Origin: Octopus sinensis
Taxonomy: Eukaryota
Assembly (NCBI RefSeq): GCF_006345805.1
Contig: NC_043007.1
Span: 62,000,001-62,064,000, forward strand
Length of the DNA: 64,000 nucleotides
Direction of reading: 5' to 3'
The notes under the pieces were generated by a model that saw nothing but the letters and a program-made list of their open reading frames with translations, ran no database searches and was not told the origin of the DNA. Each line of letters starts with the position of its first letter. The stretch's first letter is position 1. The translations under genes and the position numbers were made by a program. Of the stretch, positions 1 to 9,536 are shown in pieces.

Positions 1-127
1 GAGTTTTGGCGCGCTGTTGGTTGGGGCATTTGAATTATAACGTCGGTTGTAATCAATTGAACCACACGCGTATTTATCGTTATGGTAAAATCTGGCGTGT
101 GATTGAGTGGATTTCATCCAGATAGTC

Positions 128-203
128 TTGGCTGACGAGCTACAAATGGATTATTGTAAGTAATATTACATTTAATTCATTAATAGCGAAACAATTGTCC
201 CAA
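128..203 (+). ncRNA. Type-I hammerhead ribozyme with extended stem II (probably from a Penelope-like terminal repeat)
   Basis: Stem I TTGG(128-131)/CCAA(200-203); core CTGACGA (132-138); stem II GCTA...TAGC; GAAA (188-191); palindromic stem III CAATTG; GTC cleavage triplet (197-199). Confidence 0.85.
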
Positions 204-363
204 AATAATCTGTATTTTGTTATTTTTATTTGCCCTGTCCGTGTGAGCTAACAGTCGTACTTGGCTTTCATGGGAAACATGTATTTTCGTGGTTGAAACC
301 TTTTGGATTAACTGGTGCTAGAGTGATCAATATAGTGACCACTCTCTTATATTTATTTTATGT

Positions 364-417
364 ATGTATAATATATATATATATATAATATATATATATA
401 TATATACATATATATAC

Positions 418-450
<33 letters not shown>

Positions 451-463
451 CATATATATATAC

Positions 464-496
<33 letters not shown>

Positions 497-575
497 ACAT
501 ATATATATATATATATAATATATATATATATATATTATATATATATATTATATATATATAATATAATATATATAT
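364..575. repeat. (AT)n microsatellite with interruptions
   Basis: Direct reading. Similar tracts at about 4730-4790, 5005-5120, 5290-5410, 19690-19905, 20280-20422, 21709-21940 and 47060-47150. Confidence 0.95.
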
Positions 576-1182
576 GCGCACATATTACTAGAGCGTATAC
601 AAATCTTTGCATTTATATATATCCATGAAGTAGGGTGGGCTTCTCATGTCCTTGATAAATCTTATATAGGTTTTATCCTTATATTTTATTTATAAATTAA
701 ACCGGAATATATTCAGTGCTGAATTGTTCCGATTATACACGTGCGGCCGAGATGAACTTGAGATGCCCACCTTTCATTGATATATAAGTGTGAATATTTG
801 TATATGCTCTGCTGGATGCGTTGTTGTTCGCTTAGTATCCGGAGATGTTTATATTTATATTTTCTGGTTATGTTGTGCCGATGACTGGAGAGCATATTAT
901 ACCTGCTGACCATGAAATCATTAACGATATACGCCTAAACCTTTTTAAAGGATCTTCTATGTTTATTCCCCCGATTTCGGTGCCTGTGTATATTTATTGA
1001 AGTAGTTTGACTTTAGAGTTCCATTACAGCGTGAGGCGTTAATTATAGTAATAGCCTTTGGTATAATAAAGTTTTGTATACTTAAGGAAAAAAATTATAT
1101 ACTTTGTATTAATTTTTTCCTCAATTGGCTTTCCACGCTGGCTACTTGATAAATCCTTTACAGATTTTATCCTTATATTTCA

Positions 1183-1213
<31 letters not shown>

Positions 1214-1330
1214 CATACATACATACATACATACATACATACATACATACATACATACATACATAGTTACATATATATATATATATCGAAAAAGTCAAGG
1301 TACAAAATGCTAGAATAATTTTATAAAAAA

Positions 1331-1379
1331 CATTTCAGTACCGGTTTCAGTCATTGAGACTTTTTCAGCTGTAAGTATG
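1331..1379 (-). ncRNA. Degenerate minimal type-I hammerhead ribozyme (G8 mutated)
   Basis: Minus strand reads TTACAG-CTGAAAA-AGTC TCAAT GACT-GAAA-CCGG-TA-CTGAAA; CUGANGA core has G8>A. Confidence 0.7.
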
Positions 1380-1481
1380 GAAAACAATTAAATTTTGGAA
1401 AAGTTTTCCTTGTTTCTGCCTGCCTCTGTCTCCCTTGTTTACTCTTGTGGGTTCGAGGTCGTTGTGAATTCTTGGCAGGGA

Positions 1482-1570
1482 AGAAGAAGAAGAAGAAGAA
1501 GAAGAAGAAGAAGAAGAAGAAGAAGAAGAAGAAGAAGAAGAAGAAGAAGGAGGAGGAGGAGGAGGAGGAG
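1482..1570 (+). repeat. (GAA)n/(GAG)n compound trinucleotide microsatellite
   Basis: Direct reading; lies in the 3' region of the Penelope-like element. Confidence 0.95.
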
Positions 1571-4487
1571 AATGCGGGAGTGCCATGATAGTAGTAGGAT
1601 GTTAAATGGTCAAGTGTCCTGAAAGTGACTTGTTGTGGATGATAGTAGTGATTGAATTTTTGAGACATCTCTTTTGAGTCTATTGTTAATAGAATTTGCG
1701 TAGGTGTTATTCTAAACAGCAATAGTGGTGTAGTTAGGAAGGAGGTAGCGGAAAGGAAGAAGTCGAAGAAGAAGGAGAAAGAGAAGAGATAATAAGAAGA
1801 AATGTAGGTGGTATGATAGTAGTAGGATGTTAAATGGTCAAGTGACCTAAAAGTGATGTGGTTCGTTATGGATTATAGCAGTGACTGGAACTGCTTTTAA
1901 TGAATTCTTGAGAATCTCTTGAGTGTATCATTTTTAATATTTGCGTGTGTGTTTGTGTTATTCTTAGGCCGTGATGGATGTCATTTGTTGTAGAAGCGTT
2001 CAAAAGGGGTCTGTATTTTGTAATGAAGAGAGTCTGTTTACTAATTCGGTGGCTACAGGTTGTATCGTCCCTGAATTGATAGAGGGGGAAATTCTGAAGC
2101 TTGGAATTTTGTTATTGGCGCAAATGTCGATGTGTTGGCTGAATGCTATTTTTCGGTTTTGGGGAATTTTGATCTGGGATCTGTGCAGAGCCATCCTTTT
2201 GTGTAGACTGTTTTTTGTTTGGCCTATGTATTGCTCTTGACACGCAGAACAGGTTAGTGTGTATATCAGGTTCTCCGAAGCACATGCTTTTCACTGTGAA
2301 ACGTTGTCCCTGTTTGAAGGTGAACTCTGATCCCTCAATTAAATTGACGCATATCCTACAGTTGGGTCTTCCGCATTTTTTACTGACGGCTTCTGTATTG
2401 TTGATGAGCGTATTCGGGTTTGTGTTAGGAGACTTTTCATAGATTTGGGTTGTCTCTTGCTTTTTATGATGGTGTGCGTTTGGAGGATTAAGTTCATTCT
2501 GTGGTCCTTTTTTAGCAGGGGAATGTTTGAAAGGATGGTGTCAAAGGCTTCATTGTTAAGGGGGTTGTGTGTGGAGATATATGGTAGGGCTTTTGGTTGT
2601 AACCCCTTCTTTAATTTGGGATGTCTGAGTTCCTGGATGTTCAGTTGAAGGGCACGTTGAAGCATATGTCAATTAGTGATGGTGGGTAGTTCCTGGTGAT
2701 GAGTGTATCCTTTAGCTCATGTAGTCGTGTGTCTCGAATGTTTGCATTAAAAACTCTAGTACATATTCTTTTTGCTAGGTTGAAGGGGATATTCATTCTG
2801 GTGTGTCTGGAGTGGCATGAGTTGAACGGTAGATATTGCTTGGAGTCTGTGGGCTTATAGTTTATATACCTGTTTCTATTACGTTGTTAGATTTCTTAAT
2901 GAGGATGTCGAGGTTAATGGTTATACTCCATCGTGAATTGAATGTTTACGTCAAATCCATTTATAAGTGCTTGGAATTCTTTAAGTCACTCTATATTTTC
3001 ATGCCAGAATGAAACAGTCATCCAGGTATCTCTTTCAGTTATTTTCAATGTAGAGGGAGACTGGGCTGCCGTATCTTTCTAGAACCTTACGATAAAGACT
3101 AATTTCTAGATATTCCATGACTAGGTTAGCAAAGGAGGGGGCCATTCTTGTACCCTTTGCAGCCCCTGATTTTTGTCGATAGAAGTTGTCTTTGAAGACG
3201 AAGCAGTTATTTTCCAAGATGAATTTTAGCCCTTCTATCACAAATTCTTTTTTGATGCGATGTGGGAGTTCGTTGGCGTAATTCTCTAGCCAGAATTGAA
3301 TTGCCTCTATTCCTAGGTTGTGGGGGATATTGGAAGAGGTTGACTGCATGAAAGGATACTAGTTCATCGAAGGATACTAGTAGGGTGTTTTTGTTTATTG
3401 CTTCAGGAAGGTGACTGGGCATATCCAGGTCGTCCCTTATATAGCTTTTGGTATGCTTGAGGAATGGTTTTAAGAGGGTATCAAAAAAGTTATTGAGGCG
3501 GTGGGTTTCGCATGCGGGACCTGCTATTATAAGTCTCAATTTGAGGTCATTAGGAGTAGGGACTTTGATTATTATGTCTGTGGCTATCTTGCATGCGTTA
3601 CTTATTTTCTCACTTTTGTGTATATTGGGAATACCGTAGAATTGACTGGTTTTACTTTTGAATTTTGTTCATATAGTCATATTCTTTGTCAGTGAGCTCT
3701 TCTCTGTATAGGTTTAACAAGGAATTTAGGTCATTATTTTCTGCTCACTGTAGTGTTGGGCCTTTTCATAATATGTTGTGTCTTCCAATATGGATAGTAC
3801 TAGAGTTATATAGAATACCGTGTCCATTAAGACAACTGCACTCCCTTTATCATCCTCTTTGATTGTTATTGTTTTGTCATCTTTTAATTTGTTCAGCTCA
3901 GAACATTCTTTTTTGCTGAAGTTTGGTTTGTGTTTTTGTTTGAGCATATGTTGATATGGGTAATTCGAGATGTATTCACAGAAGTGATCAAGAGTTTTGT
4001 TCTTACCTTTTGATGGGGTGTAGTTATTCCTATTTCGGACCAACGATTCGTCCTCGTTGTATTTGTCGTAATTTTCTACAGAATTCCGCGATGTCTCCTC
4101 CTCCTCCTTTTTCTCCACCTTATGCTAGAAATAGATCCTCTATGGTCTAACCACTAAGAGATGTTCTCAAGAAAAATTTAGCAAAACAACAGAAAAAGCA
4201 ATAAAAATATGGATTATTCGCGTACATGTTTCACTATTAACATATTACGTAATTTTACTTACATAAATGTCCGTAGAGAATATAATTTGCAGTCCTGCAA
4301 TATGTTAATAGTGAAACATGTACGCGAATAATCCATATTTTTATTGCTTTTTCTTTTGTCTTGCTCGATTACGTTTTGGTTGTTTTGCTAAATTTTTCTT
4401 AAGAATATTTCTTAGTGGTTAGACCATAGCGGATCTATTTCTAGCATAAGGGTGTCCACATAGTGGTTTCCCTCTAATATTTATTTA

Positions 4488-4531
<44 letters not shown>

Positions 4532-4937
4532 ACTTATAAACAAGGGCGAAAGAAAAAAAAGTGAATGTATAATGAAATGTTAAAATTGACGATCTAAAGT
4601 CTGTTCTCAGCATATTGGCATAGAAATAATTTTTCTTTTGCCCTTGTTTATAAGTTGTTTATAATTTCAACCTTTAAAGGTATTTTAATATGCTGCCACT
4701 TTTGATGAAATATTTTTCTGAAAAACATTTTATCCTATATATATATATATATAATATATATATATATATATTATATATATATATATGTGTATATACAGAA
4801 ATAATTGCACACGTGCCTGTACCTGCCATCTTTCATAAATACGCAAATATACAGGAAACTAAATAAACATACAGACATGTGTGTGTGCGTGCGTGTGTTT
4901 ATACATGTGTGTATATTTATTTTGATAATTATTATTA

Positions 4938-4969
<32 letters not shown>

Positions 4970-5009
4970 GTGTTCATATCTATGCAAAGATACGTGTTTG
5001 CGTATGTGC

Positions 5010-5087
<78 letters not shown>

Positions 5088-5293
5088 ATATATATATATG
5101 TATACACATATATATATATGTGTGTTGTGCGCGTCTGGGTTAAGAGAGCGGGAGTAGATCCCAGCAACAACAGCTCGTCCTTATCGTTTATCGCCATTCC
5201 TGAATGTTCTTATTAACAAAGAGCTGTAGCGTCGTTAGCATTCTTAAAATCTCGTTACACCTTCAAGTGTTTTGCTATTAATGGTCTAGTGTT

Positions 5294-5409
<116 letters not shown>

Positions 5410-5585
5410 GTTTATAAGTATGTGTTTGTTTATGTCTTCATTTGTTATTTTTATTCTGCTTTATTAACGTTGTGTTGAGAAATGAACGCCTTTCACTGCC
5501 AAAACCTTGCAGTCGCACTTCAAATGTTGTCGGTATGCAATGCACCTGGCCTTTCACGTTTTTATTATCATTATCATTGTTGTTG

Positions 5586-5620
<35 letters not shown>

Positions 5621-5783
5621 TATACATATGATGATAGTTGTCTCTGGTAGTCCTAGAAAGACGATTGTGCACTTTCTCGCTGAACAACTTGCGCAAATAT
5701 TTTGTTTGAAGTGATCAAATGCATGTGCTGTATTTTATACCTCATTCCGTCCATCAAATCAACGTTGCCTGAACAGAAGCACA

Positions 5784-5896
5784 ATGTACCACATGTCAGG
5801 TGTCGAAGTGATCGCAGAGCAACATGAGATGAAGAGTTTTGCTCAAGAACACTTGACAGCACTCGATTCAGGACTTGAAAGTACGGTCTCGCGATC
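5784..5896 (+). CDS. Candidate first coding exon of an unidentified plus-strand gene (MYHMSGVEVIAEQHEMKSFAQEHLTALDSGLESTVSRS)
   Basis: First ATG after an in-frame stop at 5712-5714, A at -3, 37 codons plus 2 nt, then consensus donor GTGAGT at 5897. No homology recognised. Confidence 0.35.
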
Positions 5897-6217
5897 GTGA
5901 GTGTAACAACCTTACTACTACTAGGCCATGCCCCTTCGATACACGCGCGCGCCCCGCGTGTGTGTAACGACATGCATACATACGTATGTATATATGTATG
6001 TATGTGTAACGGCCATGTAATACACGTGGTTTTCTCCGAACTTTCCTCTCCTTTCTCCTTTTCCTCCCCCTCCGGATCTTTTCCTTTATACGATGAAATG
6101 GCATGTTTAAAATGTCAATTTTCACTCCTATTTTTCTATCTATAACTTTCACTGAGTGTCAATTTAATATATTCACTGTATACGTCTGATATTTCTCTCT
6201 TTATTTAATTTTTGATT

Positions 6218-6273
<56 letters not shown>

Positions 6274-6287
6274 ATATATATATATAT

Positions 6288-6319
<32 letters not shown>

Positions 6320-6387
6320 GGGGAGAAAGAGAGAGAGAGGGTGGGTATATATATATATACATATATACATACATGTGTGTCTGTACA

Positions 6388-6505
6388 CGACGGGCTTCCA
6401 AACAGTTTCCGCCTACCAAATTCACTCACGAGGCTTTAGAAGAAGACGCTTGCCCGAGGTGCCGAGCAGTGAGACTGAACCCGAAACAACGTAGTTAGAA
6501 GCGAA
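6388..6505 (-). mobile_element. tRNA-derived SINE fragment (family A)
   Basis: Reverse complement resembles the recurring motif ...ttcagtcccactgcgtggcaccttgggcaagtgtcttc...gaagcccgtcgt seen at 19906, 28820 and 58762. Confidence 0.7.
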
Positions 6506-8299
6506 AGGTTATCAATAGCAATACTATTGTTTATTTATCAATTAAAGACGTAACATTGCCTGATATTTATCAACGATAAAAAAAAGTATGTTCCCAACAT
6601 ACCTGCCATACGATACGTAACACTCAAGTTAATCTATTAGTAACCAAAGATAAATCCAATAAGATGAGAGTCGTTTCTCTTGGGAGACGATAAGTAGGGA
6701 AAGAGATAGCGCAGTTATTTATATTAATAGACACTACTGCACAGTGATGACTCTAAGTTCTGAACACACGCGACGTTACCTTCTATTTCTATTATAGATT
6801 GTCTGGGTATGATTTTAACTGCATCCAGTGTTGGTTCGGGAGTTTCAGGGTTTTGGTGGGTGTGAAGTCATCTCTTAGCCACAATTGTTCGCGGGCCTAT
6901 TCTTAACCGAAATAGCAGCGCCTATCGGGATCCCTACACTAGGTAAATTAGCGTGCTATCGAAGAAACTCCAAGCACAAGCCCTCACAGCCTTGTGAGTG
7001 TTTTGGCAAAGGAAAATGCTTGGGGAGTCAACCTCGACAGCAAACTAAGGAGTAGAATCTTTCCGGTGGCTCCGGTGTCCTCTTTGACACCCTTCCGGCA
7101 ATTCCAGGGCAGGTGGAGCTCACCTCTGTAATTCACCTAGGAGAATGCCACTCCCATGTAAAACCTAAAGCTTTCTGGTCACTGCAGCCACCTTAACCTG
7201 CTGATCCACTGTGGTCAGACCTCCAAGTCTTCTACTTTAGCCTCATGAGTGAATTTGGTTGACGGCAACTGTGGAAGCCCGTTGTACACACACACACACA
7301 CACATACGCAAGTATATATGTACACACACACACATATATAAACAAAGAAGAGTGGGAGCAGATTATATGGATTGATTCTTACTTTAAAACTACTAAGCGC
7401 AGACAGGAAGAAAAGTCCTGCAGCTTCAAGAATCGGTTTACGCAGCTATTTGAGTGTGTGTCACTCTTCCTCATGATCTTCAGATACGAAGAAACTTCTA
7501 TCAAAAATTGCCAGAACCACCACCAAATACTAAGATCGAATTACTCGATTATATCCTTTAAAAATTGGCCTTATGAAACTAATTAAGAGATGAATATTAG
7601 TGAATAAACTTATGGATTCTTTCCAGTTCACTTTTGTAACTGCATCACGTCGGAATGTGCAGAGTTTATCTGAGCTGACAATAATGCTTGGTCCTGTTTT
7701 ATTTTAGTCAGTGAACCAAATACTAAGCTGCATACAGCTTTGGAAGATTAGCTGTGGAATTTCATTTCAAGAAAATGTATTTATTTTTGCAAACTTATGC
7801 TGCTATTAGTGATGCTACGTTCTTAACCAAGAATTCTGAGCTTTAAACCAACAATTTTAAACTGCGCGTCTCGGAATACTAGTACTCGGTGAGATTTTTA
7901 TTAAGCTCGACAAAATAATATTCTTTAAACAAAAGCGGAATGTATTTATAGAATTTTCTAAGCATTGTTTTAATTTCAATATTTTCTAAGTCGTCGTCGG
8001 CATTAATCTGTACTGAGTGGTTGAGCCTCTTCATCCTAGTGGGTGTGAAGGGTGCCGGTGCCTGAGGTGGCTGTTCAATCCAAGGGTGGTAGAGAAGAGC
8101 CAGAGGCATTTTAGGTCATAAATAAAGTTAGAATGTAAGAAAAAAGTTCAGATCTTGCTTTAGATATCATTTAACTCAAAACACCTTTTATTACTTATAT
8201 TTCAAAGTTCTTGCATTGTAATCCTGCACAACACTCCTCTTCCATTCCTAAAACAACTAATCGTTGGTTAAAAGTGTTGTTGGTGAGGTAGTTACATTT

Positions 8300-9010
8300 T
8301 TTGCAAGCTTTTGAAGGAAATATAAGATGAATGACACGACACCCAGTTAAAGCAGAAGAGTTAATCAGATTACTGGAAGATGTTTTCCTAAAGACTCCCT
8401 GGAAAGGCATAGATGAGATGGGATTCTTTCACGGACTCCATCCACAGTACTACACTGAAAACTTCTAGTAAGAAACAGTGTAAGACACAGGACTGGTTTG
8501 AAACAAATTCGAGAAACTCACCGCTGTCATCGAGGCAAAGCGTGCTGCATTGCTTGAACATAAACATCGCCCCATCCATGCAACCTGGCAAGCATTGAGA
8601 ACAGCAGAGTGAAAGGCTAAGAAAACAGCGAAACGCTATGCTAATAACAACTAACTACAGCTTTGCAATGGTATTTAACCATCATTTGACACAAAAGGTA
8701 TATACGGAGTGTATGATGAGATAAGGGAAGCCATCGTACCAACTTTGAGCAAAACAGTATTATTGAAGACTGTAACAGGTGAAACAATCACAGACAAAAG
8801 TCAAGCAGATGGAAAGATTGATAGAGCGTTACTCTAAATACTATTCCACAGTAGAATGTCTGCCAGTGATTGAGGAATTAGGTGCACTTCTGGCCGTTAA
8901 AGAGCTGAGTGAATGAATTCACTGTCCTTCCACTGTCATGACACCGGGATTGGAAGGCATTCCATCAGAGGCCATCAAGTGTGCATAAAGCACATGAGTG
9001 GGGAAGGGGT
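8300..9010 (+). mobile_element. RTE-type LINE fragment (decayed ORF)
   Basis: Translates as WDSFTDSIHSTTLKT..KKQCKTQDWFETNS.KLTAVIEAKRAAL, with stops and frameshifts. Confidence 0.7.
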
Positions 9011-9200
9011 GAAAGAGGTTATACAATACATAATTGATCGAGTAAAAATTTATGAAGTGCAGATATATACACAAAATAATTTTTTAAAAAAACATATAAA
9101 CAATTAAATCAAGAATTTTCTATAAAAATTCAACGTCCACTTGTATTAATTAGAGTACATGAAGTTTCTAACTACACTTCCGCTCTACTTGTTTTCTAGA

Positions 9201-9470
9201 TGTAGTGTGACGGATGAAGAGGACAACAGAAAAAAGAGAAGGAAATACAACGGGCCTTACCTCAGCGAAGATCAGATCTCTCTCAACGAAGTCAATGCGC
9301 CTCGTCGCTTCCTCGTCTCAGCTCCAACTGCCCCTTCGTTGATCGCCACACGTGCGTGCTCGTTGACCGCTTCCGCTTCCCCCGTGCATGCGCCCTCCAG
9401 TCTTTCACCGGGTCCCTGCAAGCCCTACTTCCGCCCTCCCTTATCTGTCGTCCTCTCCACCGACACCACA
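9201..9470 (-). repeat. 3' LTR
   Basis: Differs from 13164-13432 by 5 transitions and 1 single-base indel (counted by eye). Confidence 0.97.
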
Positions 9471-9536
9471 CGCCCCTCTGATCTACAGATCACTGAACCG
9501 GCTTTCTCACTCGCTCCGCGCTCCCGAACTCACACC

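Larger units (their letters stand above)
1331..4451 (-). mobile_element. Penelope-like retroelement (RT + GIY-YIG), decayed, with inverted 5' end
   Basis: Frameshifted minus-strand motifs: IKEDDKGSAVVLMD, RLIIAGPACETHRL, KGTRMAPSFANLVM, RYLDDCF (~3010-3030), YKPTDSKQYLPFNSCH, KSKRQPKS, then GIY-YIG NLIYTLTCSACQEQYIGQTKNSLHKRMALHRSQI (~2170-2280). A hammerhead-like motif lies at the 3' end and an inverted repeat at the 5' end. Confidence 0.9.

Noticed and set aside
327-581. IY-, CV-, HT- and poly-R/S/F ORFs here and throughout the track
   Set aside because: Translations of stop-free microsatellites, not genes.
4690-4735. ttgatgaa...ctgaaaaac resembling a hammerhead core
   Set aside because: Core is mutated and no convincing stems I or II.
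6880-7250. GC-richer block that might be a LINE 5' UTR with an HDV-like ribozyme
   Set aside because: I could not build the nested double pseudoknot by eye, and the block is not contiguous with the RTE fragment.
7879-8109. 76-aa minus-strand ORF of plausible composition
   Set aside because: No recognisable motif, splice structure or element termini.
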